A stretch of 64,000 nucleotides of DNA, from NCBI GenBank assembly GCA_964106645.2, contig OZ067039.1; one strand, given 5' to 3'. The translations under genes were made by a program, and so were the position numbers. The first letter of the stretch is position 1, and each line of letters begins with the position of its first letter. The notes beneath the pieces were generated by a model. It made no database searches. It had not been told where the DNA came from and saw nothing but the letters and a program-made list of their open reading frames with translations. The DNA is from Podarcis pityusensis (taxonomy: Eukaryota). Shown in pieces: positions 12,693 through 25,325 of this stretch.

Positions 12693-13590
12693 GTAAGTAT
12701 TTGTAACTGGGTTATGTATTTTAAACATTTTTACCTCATTCTTCAGCTGAAAAGGCAGTTTGTGCAGCTAATTAAAACAGGAGAGTCCCTCTGCACGGGC
12801 TTAGTTTTTTTAAAAAATGCCAGGTGACAGTTGAAGGAGGGAATGTCCATTGGAGCTGGTGAAGTTCTGGTCGTAATTGGAATAAAAAACATAACTTAAG
12901 ACAAAGAGGAAATAGTGAATGCACCTGTCTGTATATATATTCCAACAATTTATAAATGGGTTCACACTGTAGTTTCTAAGCGGCCTGCAATAATGATACA
13001 GAAGAGATACAATCAGTTCAAATTAGGCATAAAAAACTTGCTTAATGTGCTGGCTGAAATAAAAAGGGCTTCACTAAGCACTGAAGTGGGGAAGAGGCCT
13101 ATCTGATCTCAGCCAGGAGATTGTTCCATAGAGTTGGGCCCACAATACTAAATGCACAGCTTCTTATAAGACACCTGTATTGCGCTGACAAAGTATTGTG
13201 CTCAAGCAAGCACCACTGAGATTCTTATAAGAAATTCTTATTTAATAAATTTAGAAAAGTGTGTTGCAGTCATCCAACTTAGATGTATAAGTGGGGCATA
13301 TGTAACAAGGCGTAGACCTGTTTTTTGTTTTGTTTTAAAGAGTGCAGCTGCCACACAACCCTGTGCAGAAGTCCTTTAACAGTAGTCACCACCTGGGCAG
13401 CTGAGAGCAATGCTCTTTCCAAGAGGCCTCCCAAACATGGACCTGGTTTTTCCAAGAGCTGATAACCCTGGGGAAAATACATTCTATGCCTAGTCTCTGA
13501 AAACATTTTTATTTAACCAACAGCTCTTTTGCCTTGTCAATTTTAATTTTAAACGTCAGCCTTGGTGTGTATGTTCTGGGGATTCTCCCA

Positions 13591-13592
<2 letters not shown>

Positions 13593-13623
<31 letters not shown>
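13593..13623. repeat. (CA)n microsatellite
   Basis: Perfect dinucleotide run. Confidence 0.95.
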
Positions 13624-13624
<1 letters not shown>

Positions 13625-14191
13625 CCAATTGGAAGGAAAGGCTGGGGAAGACCTGTTGCACTAGCAAAAGTCTGTGTGGGTTTCCAGTAGCAGGACTGGT
13701 TAGTTTGAATCCGGCCCCTTCACTGGATTCATACATTCTTTGCTCATTTCAAATGCCAAGTCAGGACCTAACTGATTTCCATTCAAGGTCCACTTTGAAC
13801 ATAACTTTTATGGTGAGTCAGTAGCTCATTAAATCAACCCACAACACAGTAGAAAGTGGGTTGCACTGGAAACGAGCATACACACGAGGCAAAGCCAGGA
13901 CTGTGCAATTAACTGCAAGTAGTCTCAAGCCATGAAGTGTAATATGTCCGCTTGATATCTTTGTTATAACCAAGTAGTGGGGCTTGATACTGCTTGGGAC
14001 TAGGTACAACTCAAGACAGTGTGAGGTACATCCTCCCCTTGCTATTGACAGTCAGATAAATGTGGTTGTGGTACAGCAAGATGTGCTCTTTCTCCAGTTA
14101 CCACCAAGCTGCAATGAGGGGAGGAAGAATATAGGAAGCTGCCTTATACCAAGTCAAATGATTGATCTATCTAGCTCAGTATTGTTTACAG

Positions 14192-14630
14192 CAGCAGTAG
14201 GGAACGTCTACCCTGTGAGCCTAATTAGGCCTAGCAGGGGCCCTAATTTGGCCCCTGAGGTTCTCCCCCCCCCCCAAAACCATGGCCACTTGCCTCACAT
14301 ATGGTATCATATGTGTCATTATCTGTGGGGCATGTAAAGATAGTAGCTGCAAAAGAACATTTGGAAGGTTAAAGTGCACCTGATTGATCCTTGTTGACCA
14401 CTGTCATGGGGGATTGGCTGCACTAGGAAGTTCCCAACAGGAATTCCCTAATGCAGTCTCCTTCAAAAAAAAGAGCTCTTGGCACTAATAACCAATCGGT
14501 GCTGACAGCCATAAAAGGGATTCGGCAAACCCCTTTGCTGGCATCAGGTAATTGACTGGTGGGTGGCCCAGCTGTCCAAGTTGACCTTTGGAGAGGAAGG
14601 GACCCAGCCACTAGGCATCTCCACTCCCAA
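14192..14630. mobile_element. Old hAT-like element inserted into a SINE (SINE ~14125-14750, -)
   Basis: CAGCAGTAGGGAAC terminus; degenerate 8-bp TSD GTTTACAG/GTCTACAT; flanks rejoin into the SINE family also seen at ~44566-44745 and ~38445-38640; related element ~56293-56650. Confidence 0.5.
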
Positions 14631-15231
14631 GTCTACATTGACTGGTAGTGGCAGTTCAGGGTTTCACACAAGGAGCATTTCCAGCTCTACCTGGAGACAC
14701 CAAAGATTGAAACTGAGATCATCTGTGTACAGAGCAGATGATCACCCTCCCCATAGAGCAGGGGTGGGGAAGCATTTGGCCCTGCTGGGCCAGATCTTTA
14801 TCTCCCCCAGCCCCATGGACCAATTTTTATAGGTGGGCAGGACCATCCACCTGCGAATCATGCAGCATCGTTATCATGTTGGGTGATTGGAACCTGTCAA
14901 AGTTCACCTGCAAATGTAGGGGGAAATAGTTAAAAGGACTTGGTCAGTCCCATGCTCAGTGATTCTAAAGTGGCAGACAATGAAGTGGGATAGCAGAAGC
15001 CGAGATGGGCTGGGTTAGAATGGTTCTGTTTCTCTCTTGGGGTTCTGAGGCCAAATAAACTTCTTGTGTGAATTGTAAGGACAGGAGACCTAGTTGTGTT
15101 TATGATGCCTGCTCTCACAAATATATCCTTTTTAGATTAAAAAATAGTCTGGAAAAGTCAGGTGACCCATAATCAAATAAGTCATGTTGATCCATATGCC
15201 GCCTCTAAGACAAAGTTAAATCTCTCCAAGT

Positions 15232-15368
15232 CAAGATTGGGGAGCCTGTGGACCTCCAGATGTTGTTGGACTACAACTCCCATTGGCACCAACCACTATG
15301 GCGATTGGTCACAAATGATGGAAGTTGTAGTCCAGCAACATTTGTAGGACCACATGTTGCCATTCCAG
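15232..15368. mobile_element. Palindromic ~140-bp hAT-like MITE (multi-copy family)
   Basis: ctgtggacctccagatgttg..ggactacaactccc / ggaagttgtagtccagcaacat arms; further copies at ~7150-7272, 16128-16251, 23844-23962, 25085-25208, 26031-26177, 37005-37130, 44766-44905, 45712-45870, 49022-49161. Confidence 0.7.
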
Positions 15369-15582
15369 ATCTAGGTGGTAGAAAGGCTCTGAATGGTGTG
15401 ATTGATCTTGCATATTTCCTGTAAAGAAAAAGCAGCAACTCCTTGGAGTACTAAAAGTTCCTAATTAAGCTAACAGCCAGCACTTTCCTGTGTGAGACAA
15501 ATTCTTCTGAAAAGGTTCAACCAAGAAGAAATTATCTTAAAATCATTGCCTGACCTCTCATTTTCTATTCATTCCCTTCTAG

Positions 15583-15724
15583 TGCTATTACATTGGAGCA
15601 ACCAGTGATGCAGCCACTAAAATAACTAATGAGGTGTCAAAACCCCTAAGTAATCACATCCCTGTTGACAAGGTTTGCGAGAAACTGAAGAAGAAAGATA
15701 GTCAGATCTGTGACCTGAAATATG
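15583..15724 (+). CDS. MANF: MANF exon 3
   Basis: cccttctag| [47 protein letters not shown] |gtgagt. Confidence 0.96.
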
Positions 15725-17041
15725 GTGAGTATAAGCAGATTACCAGTGATCGTTACTTTGGTCCTCGATATCTTCCTTATGTAGAGAGAGCAAGAGTGCT
15801 AAAGTTACTGGCTGCGTTGTGGTAGAGAGGAAATGACTTGTGCAGTCATCTTGAGTTAGCCTGGCAGTATGGCCCATTGGAGAAAGTGCAACATACTTCC
15901 AAGTAAAAGACAAGATCTTACGCATATCAGTTAGATAAAACTTTTTCTCCATTTCCCCTGCCCCCAATCATACAGATAAGGAAAATGGTAATAGAATTAA
16001 TTCAGTACCAGAGAACTGCATTGAAACAGTGAAGACCCAACATGGTTCCTAGGAAAATACGATACAAATATAGCTGTGAACTATGGGCTGCTTATGAATA
16101 TTGCTGAGGAGAACATGAGGTCGTAGAGCAGGAATGGAGGATCTGTGGCTCTCCAAATGTTGGACAACAACTTCTGTCATTCCTGACCATTGGCCATATT
16201 TGAACTGATAAGAGTCCAACAACATCTGGAAGGCCACAGATTTCCACCTTGCTATAGAGGATCATCATCTAGCTAGCTATTGGGTTTTTCATAGACAGTA
16301 GTTTTATGGTGAGGATGCTGAACTGTGACAATGGACTGATCAGATTTCAGACAAAAGGTTGAGCTAAGTTCCATATAGCAGACAAATTATGGTTTATCTG
16401 TCGGCTCCCACCAACGGACGTGTTTTCATTTCATTTTGGCGAACCACAGTTGCTAATATATTCCAACCAGGCAAAGTATGCTTTGTCACAAACCAGGGAT
16501 TTGGAGTACATATTTGAAAGATAATCTGCACGTGGCCATTGTGTCCAGTTGGGGCTGTTCGCTTGTTGCCTAGGGATGTCAGAGATGAAGGGCAGCACGC
16601 TCTTGCTTCTGACATCAGCCACTGAGCCAAGGGCGACTAGGCCACTTTCCTTGCCTCCAGGAAGAACTTCAATGCAAAATACCTCCATGATTGCTTGACC
16701 TCTTATATTCCAGCTCCCATCACTGAGTTCATCTGCAATAGTGCTCAGGGTACAGCCTGTTAACTGCATTCTGTTCTCGACTCCTACTATACATTCCAGT
16801 GTCTTATCTTCCCCAAGTATAGCTATTATCTGTGAAAACTTGTGCTCTTAATGAAAGTAGTCTCTAGGAGGTGCTATGACTTGTACTATTTCAGCTATGT
16901 GATAGCCATGTTTTGTGTCTAAGGCTGCATTCCTATGATACTTGAACTGGGAACAAGTCCTCCTGAAATTTCTGAATTGTGGTCAGTTAAACTTGTGGAC
17001 TAACAATGTTTCATACAGTAATATGCCCTTCTCTTTATCAG

Positions 17042-17226
17042 ATAAACAGATTGACTTGAGCACTGTGGACCTGAAGAAACTGAGAGTCAAAGAACTGAAG
17101 AAGATTCTAGATGACTGGGGGGAAACATGCAAAGGCTGTGCAGAAAAGTCAGATTACATTCGGAAAATCAATGAACTGATGCCTCAGTATGCACCAAAAG
17201 CAGCCAGTTCGCGGACAGACCTCTGA
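17042..17226 (+). CDS. MANF: MANF exon 4 (SAP-like domain, CKGC, RTDL retention signal)
   Basis: ctctttatcag| [60 protein letters not shown]; spliced CDS 543 nt = 180 aa. Confidence 0.97.
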
Positions 17227-17452
17227 CCACCATAGTGGCCTCTAGATCATTAGCAAATCAAACACAAACTACGTTAATCTTTCTATTTTCTTTTCTGGAA
17301 AGCTGTTTTTGTAACTTATTTAACTGGGTTTCAAGTGTCAAAGTGAAGCGGTTCTTGCAATGCTGGTTCAACTGCCTTGTCGTGTCTCAAGTTTTTATTT
17401 CTTTTGCCTCCAATTTATGTTTAAGACATTGACGTATGTATGGGATTTTTGA

Positions 17453-17458
17453 AATAAA
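17453..17458 (+). terminator. MANF poly(A) signal
   Basis: First AATAAA after the stop, ~230 nt downstream. Confidence 0.65.
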
Positions 17459-19449
17459 AGTTAAGAAAGCCAGTCTTGTCAGTTGCATTAGTAGGATTTG
17501 TATGAGTTTTATGCAAGTCTGGCTGATGCCAAGACAGATCCTTACTTCGTACTTGGTGCTTTGATATTTAGGACTCATCTACACTTCCATTTGCTCTGCC
17601 GCTTTCCCCTGGGGAAACCTGCTTTTTACCAATGAATCGGAACAAACAGCAATCAGGTTTTCCACAGATTGCATTTGTTCTGATTCAGCAGCTTTTTCCA
17701 GAAAAAGCTGTGGGGAAAACAAGTAATTGCTTGGACCTGTGCTTTCTAGGCACAGGACAAGCAGAAAACTTCTTGGACCCATGCTTTTAGGAATGGGATG
17801 AGTGAGAATGGGTGAGCCCTAATAATGGCCATGTTTTGATAAAATGCTTATCTATGGGCTAGGGTGGCTTCTGAGATACCTGCTCTCCTGACTAATGCCT
17901 TATAAAATCTCTGCATTTTGCTACTTCACATCCAGGTGAACATGTGCGCTATATTTGGTCTTTGGATTATTGCATGGTCTTAAAAGTATTTGAGAGCCAG
18001 TTCATGCTACCTGAAGTTGTTAAAAAAACGGTACTTTGCTTTCAGAAATTTAAGCCCCTGATCCTGTACAGCTGTACAATCAGTCCGAGTGCTGTTTTTC
18101 TACAGCTCTGAGCTAAACTGACACCATCTATGCAAGATAACTTCCTTGTATTCTGATTCTGTATTTACAGTTGTCAATACAGTACTGAATACAATCCTGA
18201 CCAGCTACATCTATGTAAGGCAGCTGAATCTGGAATACGTAGCTTCTGTATATCCATGAAATTAAAAAAAAAAAATGGGTAGGGGTTGATTTCAGGTTTT
18301 CTCATGCTCTTGGAAAGCTTTTTGGCAACTTCAGTTCACAAGTAAAAGAAGCAGTTAATATATACTAATGTAATAAAAGAGTGTGTTGTACCAGATTATT
18401 TATGGAGACACCTTTAAATGACCACCCACACAAAATGCAGTTGTGAGCTAAACCCTTCATATATGGGTGGTTGCTGCCAAAATCTCAATTCTCACCAAAG
18501 GTTGACTAAAAACAGCATCATAGAGAAAAATATATTGCTCTTGAGAAAAATTACGTGTTTTAAACAACATGAACTTTAGGGCAGTTACTGTTGGCAGATT
18601 ACCCACCTGCATAGCCTCCCCCACCTCGCAGAGAAGACTGTTTTTGAAAAGTACATCATATATTTAAACTTCTGTTACAGCACAATCTCACATTTACTGT
18701 TTTATGTGCTACATGTCTGGTCTCTGATAGGACAAAATAACTTGACAGCATGGTTCTGAATGGGCCTGCAGTATTTTAGTATATATTTTTAATCAAGGTA
18801 ATACAAAATGAAAGGATTTTGACTTTTTTAAGCTTATCCTTGGCTATATCCAGTGTTCTAGGTGCATTTTGCGACAATGAATTTCATTAGTTTCTGAGCT
18901 CTGGGTGCAGTACTGCGCCTAAGATTTAAGATTAAAACTGCAGAGTGGAAGGAAAGGAGGACCTTTTTCTGCCTCCCCACTTCCAGCTACTCTGAAGACT
19001 GGAGAAGAAACCCTTTAAAGAATATTAGGGGGGTGGGCAGGAGAAGGACTAGACCATGTGAAAAATGAAAATATTTTAGCTGCAATTCATTTATTTTCAG
19101 CTTTGTATTCTTGTTATTTAAAAAGTGCACCTAGACATTTCATTGTTGCACCCATAACCTAGGTTTAAGGTGCCATTTAGCTTTGGTTCTCATATCTCTG
19201 TTTCTAACACTATGTCTGAATAGATGAAAAAGACACCGTGGCTCCTTTACGTAACTAACAAGCTTTATCCTGTGGCAAAACAGTCAGCATCTTTTCTACT
19301 TTCTGCATACGGAACATGGATATTAACTACCGTTGCAGCAATATAATTTCCTTGTTTTTGCAACTTCTGCCAGCACATTTTATTTTAACGGCATGTAATG
19401 CAAGTGCTATTTGTAAATGCGTGTTTGCCCTTCAATGCTCAGAGACCAA

Positions 19450-20830
19450 TAGTTTTGCACGTGTGCGCGATCGCCGGTTGCTCCCTTCCTCCGCCTAACA
19501 GCCGCTCGTCGGAGGCGGCGCGCTTTGGCCGAGAGAGGGAAAGTGGCATCCGCTTTATTTCTACTTGCAGAAAAGGGAGAGGAGCAGAGGAAGGGGGAAA
19601 GCGCTGGCCTTCCTGCTCTCACTTGCTATGCACTTTCTACTCCTCCCTCAGACTGAGCGGTAGGTAAGTCCCGTGGAGGCGGGAAGGCGGCAGCGCCCGG
19701 CCGGGAACACGGAGGGGCTTTGCTCCTCGCCTCCCCGTCCTCTGCCGGCCGCCGGGCGGGCGCGAGCAGGAGGGGCTTTTGGGCGGCGGCCGCGGCGTCC
19801 AGCCGGAGCCATTACGGACGCGGCCCGTCGCTCGGCAGGCTCGGGGCGGGGTCGCGGGCTGATGACGTCGTCGGCGCGCACGGCGCGGCAACTGGGCAGA
19901 GCCGCCTTCGCTCGTTCCCTTTTGTCCAAGATGGCAGCTGCCGCCAGAGGCGCCTCCTGAATCGCGGGCCCCGGAGCCATGAAGCGGGCGAGCGAGCGGG
20001 ATTCCAGCCCGGCGGGGTCCGGGGGGACGCGGGGCGCCTCCTCGGCCAAGAGGCCCCGCGAGCGGGAGCGCGAGAGCAGCGGCGCCAGCGGCGGGAGCAG
20101 CAGCCGGCGGGGCCCGCACCGGAGCTCGGGCGCCGCCTCGTCGTCGTCGTCCGCCTCCGCCTCGTCGCGCAGCGGCCGGGACAAGTCGGCGGCGGGAGGC
20201 TCCAGCTCGCGCAGCCACCGCGGGGAAGAGCGGCCCGGAGGCGACTCCAACCACCGCGGCGCCGCCTCGTCCAGCGCCAGGAGCAGCAGCAGCAGCAGCC
20301 AAGCTGCCTCCGCCGCGGCGCCGCCGCCCCCGTCCTCCTCCTCGTCCTCGTCGTCTTCTTCGCGGGCGCTGGGGGCCGCCAAGGCCAAAGTGCCTCTGGC
20401 CGCCGTGGTCGCCCCATCTTTGCTGCTGGGCGGGCCTTCGGCGGTGGCCGCGCCGTCGCTGCTTTTGGCGCCGGGGCTCGGACTGACGGCCGGGGTGGGG
20501 CTGGCCGGGGATCCCCCCGGCTCCAGCGAGTACAAGACCCTGCTGGTGAGCGGCCTGGGCCCGGCCCTCCCGGACCAGCTTCTGGAGGACGGTCTGTTCC
20601 GCCAGTTCCAGAGGTTCGCTAGCGGCGGCGCCAGTGACATTAGCGTCAAGCTCTCCCATACCCCCGAGCTCGGCCGCGTTGCCTATGTCAACTTCAGGCA
20701 CCCGGCGGACGCCCGAGATGCTCGAAGGCATGCCAGAGCCCGGCAGCTTCTCCTCTACGATCGCCCCCTCAAGGTGGAGCCTGTGTACCTGCGAGGGGGC
20801 AGACGAAGCCGCACGCCCCCACCTACCCCG
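19450..20830. promoter_or_regulatory. CpG island / RBM15B promoter
   Basis: Very GC-rich; GC box 19843-19851, CRE-like TGACGTCG 19863-19870, YY1-like CAAGATGGCAGC 19927-19938. Confidence 0.85.
19931..19960 (+). other. uORF MAAAARGAS* upstream of RBM15B
   Basis: aagATGG strong Kozak context; TGA 18 nt before the main ATG, same frame. Confidence 0.5.
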
Positions 20831-22747
20831 TCCCCTGAACCCATGGCTTTCCTGCCCCCAATCCATGGTGTCTATCCTTATAAACAGAGATCTCTTTCTC
20901 CTGTTGCCACCCCTTTGCTGAGAGAGCCCAGACCACGACATGCTGCCGCTGCAGCCTTTGCCTTGGAAGCTGTTGCCTTGGGTCTCTCTCGGGAGCGGGA
21001 GAGAGTGCTGGATTACTATGGACTGTACGACGAGCGCGGCCGTCCCTATGGCTATCCCATAGTGGCTGAAGAGGATCTTATGCCAGAGGATGATCAAAGA
21101 GCGACTCGTAATCTCTTTATTGGCAATCTGGACCACAGCGTCTCTGAGGTAGAACTGAGGCGTGCCTTTGAAAAATACGGCATCATTGAGGAAGTGGTGA
21201 TCAAGCGCCCTGCAAGGGGCCAAGGTGGAGCCTATGCCTTTCTAAAGTTCCAGAACCTGGACATGGCACATCGAGCCAAGGTTGCCATGTCTGGCCGGGT
21301 TGTTGGCAGGAACCCTATCAAAATTGGCTATGGGAAAGCCAACCCCACAACCCGACTTTGGGTGGGTGGTCTTGGTCCAAGTACTTCCCTAGCTGCCCTT
21401 GCTAGGGAATTTGATCGCTTTGGAAGCATTAGGACTATTGACTATGTGAAAGGGGACAGTTTTGCCTACATTCAATATGAAAGTTTAGACGCTGCCCAGG
21501 CTGCCTGTGCACAAATGAGGGGCTTCCCTTTGGGTGGGCCAGACAGGAGACTTCGAGTGGATTTTGCCAAAGCTGAGGAGGCACGCTACCCTCAGCAGTA
21601 TCAACCTGCACCACTACCTGTACCCTATGAATTGCTACCTGAAGGCTACAGCAGGCACAGGAGTCTAGAGCAAGACTTAAGGGTGAGAGACAGGACTCCT
21701 CCTCATCTCCTCTACTCAGACCGGGAAAGGGGCTTTTTAGAGGCTGATTGGACCAGCCCTGTCAAAAATGCAGAGCGCAGAAATAATTTGGAGACCTACA
21801 GTCAGTCGGCACGCAGCCGAAGTGGAGAACGTTGGGGCAGCGATAGTGACCGAAGCGTGCTCAAACCATGGGAGGAAAGGCGTAAACGCCGTAGCCTTTC
21901 CAGTGACCGAGGGAGAACTGCCCATTCGCCCTATGAGGACAGAGGCAGGACAAAACCTGGTGGGCCAGCTTTAGATCGCAGTCCAGAGAGGGCTCGGAAG
22001 GAGAACCACACCACAGAGTCTGCCACGGAGAAAGAGCAGAATAACTCCCTGCAGAACAACAGGCATGCATCAGAGGAGAAGCCTCACCGTGAAACATCTG
22101 ATCCTCAGCCTAAGAAAAGGGACAGCGAACGCAATCATCGAACTGCTGAGGCTGAATCAAAGACTCATGAAGAGTCCAAATCTGAAACAAAGAAATTTAA
22201 AAGCTTATCAGATTATGCCCATACGCTGCAGCTTGCCTGGAATGGGCTACTTGTCCTGAAAAACAGCTGCTTCCCTACATCTATGCACATCCTTGAAGGC
22301 GACTTGGGGGTTATCAATGGGCTTCTGAAAGACCACTTGTCTGGTGGAAAGCTCACGCAGCTCAAGATTGCCCAGAGACTTCGGCTTGACCAGCCCAAGC
22401 TGGATGAAGTAACTCGACGTATCAAGCAAGGAAGCCCTAATGGCTATGCTGTGCTGCTGGCTACCCAGACTGCTCAAGGAGCAAGCACTGAAGGGGCCGT
22501 CCCTGTGGTAGAGCCTGGCTTGCAAAGAAGGCTTCTCAGGAATCTGGTCTCTTACTTGAAACAAAAACAGGCTGCTGGGGTGATCAGCCTTCCTGTGGGA
22601 GGGGCGAAGGGTAAAGACAGCACAGGCATGCTTTATGCTTTCCCTCCTTGTGAATTCTCTCAGCAGTACCTCCAGTCCGCACTAAGAACATTGGGAAAGT
22701 TAGAAGAAGAGCATATGGTGATAGTGATAGTCAAAGACACTGCCTAG
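19979..22747 (+). CDS. RBM15B: RNA-binding protein 15B (3 RRMs + SPOC), intronless CDS, 922 aa
   Basis: RRMs (EYKTLLVSGL, RNLFIGNLDH, RLWVGGLGP), SPOC domain (WNGLLVLKNS...YLKQKQAAGVISLP...IVIVKDTA*). Confidence 0.98.
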   Translation: MKRASERDSSPAGSGGTRGASSAKRPRERERESSGASGGSSSRRGPHRSSGAASSSSSASASSRSGRDKSAAGGSSSRSHRGEERPGGDSNHRGAASSSARSSSSSSQAASAAAPPPPSSSSSSSSSSRALGAAKAKVPLAAVVAPSLLLGGPSAVAAPSLLLAPGLGLTAGVGLAGDPPGSSEYKTLLVSGLGPALPDQLLEDGLFRQFQRFASGGASDISVKLSHTPELGRVAYVNFRHPADARDARRHARARQLLLYDRPLKVEPVYLRGGRRSRTPPPTPSPEPMAFLPPIHGVYPYKQRSLSPVATPLLREPRPRHAAAAAFALEAVALGLSRERERVLDYYGLYDERGRPYGYPIVAEEDLMPEDDQRATRNLFIGNLDHSVSEVELRRAFEKYGIIEEVVIKRPARGQGGAYAFLKFQNLDMAHRAKVAMSGRVVGRNPIKIGYGKANPTTRLWVGGLGPSTSLAALAREFDRFGSIRTIDYVKGDSFAYIQYESLDAAQAACAQMRGFPLGGPDRRLRVDFAKAEEARYPQQYQPAPLPVPYELLPEGYSRHRSLEQDLRVRDRTPPHLLYSDRERGFLEADWTSPVKNAERRNNLETYSQSARSRSGERWGSDSDRSVLKPWEERRKRRSLSSDRGRTAHSPYEDRGRTKPGGPALDRSPERARKENHTTESATEKEQNNSLQNNRHASEEKPHRETSDPQPKKRDSERNHRTAEAESKTHEESKSETKKFKSLSDYAHTLQLAWNGLLVLKNSCFPTSMHILEGDLGVINGLLKDHLSGGKLTQLKIAQRLRLDQPKLDEVTRRIKQGSPNGYAVLLATQTAQGASTEGAVPVVEPGLQRRLLRNLVSYLKQKQAAGVISLPVGGAKGKDSTGMLYAFPPCEFSQQYLQSALRTLGKLEEEHMVIVIVKDTA

Positions 22748-23225
22748 TATTTACTCTCTGTCTCCTCTCTTTCCTCCCTCTTTGCTGATTCCATATTTCT
22801 TTGTATCTCACACAGCCTGGTTGCTTTTAAGGCCAATTTTTTTGAGCGAGGCTCCAAAAGTCCTCCAAAAAATTCTACAATTTAATTAGTTTCTAATTTT
22901 AATACCATTTTAATCCCATTTTGTTTTAATATGTGACACTGTCTGCTGTGTTCTTATTTTTTAAATGTATGGAAAGTTGTCAGTAAAGCCTTGTTCACTG
23001 ATGGATTTTTAACTTTGTGCAGTGTCCTGGTTTCTGTAGTCTGCCAATGGCTGGTTCCAATAGATAAAGCAAATAACGTACTTCAGACAGTTCTTCCTTT
23101 TACTGCTGTTCAACACTATTATACCAGTTTTGTGCTATTTTGATTTCTTTGATAGTTGAAGTCTGCTTGCTTCTTCTCTCTGTGTTTAGGTAGTTAATGC
23201 CAGAATTTTTTTTAAAAGGTGGAAA

Positions 23226-23358
23226 AGGTAATGGTATCCATTATTGGACCAACCTTTTCTTGGTGGATGAGAGCTTTTGAGACGATTGTAGCCAAAGAAC
23301 AGCTCTGTGAAGCTAAAAAGTTTTAGCAGTCCTCAACTCTTGGTGCAATAAAACATAG
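23226..23358. mobile_element. Ancient Penelope-like inverted remnant in the RBM15B 3'UTR
   Basis: TTATTGGACCAA (23241) / TTGGTGCAATAA (23340) inverted pair around a decayed hammerhead-like tract ccaaagaacagctctgtgaagctaaaaagtt. Confidence 0.45.
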
Positions 23359-25287
23359 GCTGCACCATGGGTGCACCCCCCCAACTCCTCTGTTAACTGT
23401 GTTTCCTGTTGGATTGATTATATTGTAGATTCAAAGCTACTCTTAGATTTTCTGTTCAGTACTAACTATTGGCTACTCAGGAAGACAAATAACCAGGCAG
23501 TTGAGTAGGATCTGATAACAAAATCTAAATGATTATGTTCATCAGCTCCAGTGGCAAAAATAAACGATAAAAACTTGACCAAGTTGCCTGCTTATAGCGT
23601 GTGTCCTATATTGCAGTTATATAAAGTTCTGCTTGTTATATACAGTAGGTTAGGCAGGTGGATGCACTGCTTTTTAGGACAAGGTGGGCAAATTCTGTCC
23701 GACCTATTATTTGAGCATTCATCTTCTGGCATTGCTCTGGGATTAATTAGCACAGAGAATGAGGAGGTCCTCCTTCTATGAGGTCCACCTCCCTAGATAG
23801 CATTTCTTTTGGTCATAACCATTTTGGTACAGAAAATGGCACTCAGGGATGGAGAACCTGTGGCCCTCCAGATGTTGTTGAACTGCAGCTCCCCTCATTC
23901 TTAACCACTGACCGTGGTGGCTGGGGCTGATGGGCGTTGGAGAGCCACCAGTTCCCCAGCCCTGACATACCTGGTGATGTGTAGCAAATACACAAACACT
24001 TTCTCACATGAGCAGATCATTGCAATTAGCAGTGTGTCCACACACATGCAGCAGGCCAGAGCTGTCACAGGGGATGTACATAGGAAAGCTGCTTTATGTG
24101 AAGTGATCCTCGGGTAAAAAGGAGAAAGCATGAACTGTAAGAGATAGTCTAAGGAGGCGTGTGTGTATGCTGCGGTAAGAGTTTACGCCACATTCTGCAC
24201 CAGGGTATGCCCACTTGTGTCTAAAATATGCAATTAATAAATAGATGTATGCACACTCACTTAGCTTGCATAATTCTCTTTCCGAGAGCTTGCTTTTCAA
24301 GGAATGTGGAATGTTTTGAAATAATGGATAGGGAGGATGCTAGAAAGGTTTGAAGACAAGTAAGCTTGATAAGGTTACATTGTAGCATCCCATATAGTGT
24401 AGTATCCCATTCTGGATTGACATGAAGTGTACGGGGTGCTGATCCTCTTAACTGCTATGACCCTACACAGCCCCAACCGTGGTTGCAACACTGTTCAGAC
24501 CAAGGTCATAAATACTGAGACTTCGCCATTCTCTGCTTCTCTATCCTCCAACTATTACCAGTTCTCTTGTGCAGTGAAATTATGGAAACAGAGACAACAC
24601 TAATGATTAGCAAATAATTATTTCTAAGCCAGCCATGTGGTGTTTAAAACATTTTTTAGGATGTGTATTAAAGCGTCCAAGAGAGCTAAGTTGTCAATGA
24701 ATACAATTTTTAAATTTTGCCTCTGAAAGGTTACCTGCAAGAAATACCAGCTTGTGATTTAGAGGTTGGTCTTGTATGAACTCCCACCCTATCTCATTTG
24801 TTGGTGTTAGTTCTTTATTCTTTTTAACCACATCGTGAGTTGTTAAAATACAATTTTCCAGTAGTCTCACTAACCAAGCGACTAACATGATTAGAGCCCT
24901 CTCTTGCACAGCAAACGATGCTAGTAAATGTTGTTCAATGGTAGCCTCCTGTCCACTCTACTGTAAAAAGGGAACACCTCGGTATATTGAGCAGGATAAG
25001 TCCCATTTATGTATGCAATTTTTGTCTACTATTGGTTAAAAATCACAAGGGGCCCAGAAAACAGTTCTGAACAGCTCTAAGATAGATGTATGTGAACCTC
25101 TGGCTCTCAAGATGTTGCTAGATCACAACTCACCAGCCCCAGCCAGCCTGGCTAATGGCCAGTCATCCTTCAGCAACTTTCAGAAGGCCAAAGGTTCTCC
25201 ATATCTGCTCCAAAACGTTTAAATAGATGGATTTTGTTTGTGTGCTTCTAAATCTCTCTTCAAAAAAGTAGTCAACAGTAAATCAAG

Positions 25288-25290
<3 letters not shown>

Positions 25291-25323
<33 letters not shown>
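25291..25323. repeat. (AT)n microsatellite
   Basis: Perfect run. Confidence 0.95.

Positions 25324-25325
<2 letters not shown>

Noticed and set aside
16528-16541. CACGTGGCCATTG in MANF intron 3 resembling ERSE-II
   Set aside because: Spacing and CCAAT half do not match CGTGG-N-CCAAT.
19637-21223. 528-aa, 333-aa and 201-aa antisense ORFs and a 300-aa alternative-frame ORF over RBM15B
   Set aside because: Shadow ORFs of a very GC-rich CDS; low-complexity R/G/A/P composition, no recognisable domain.
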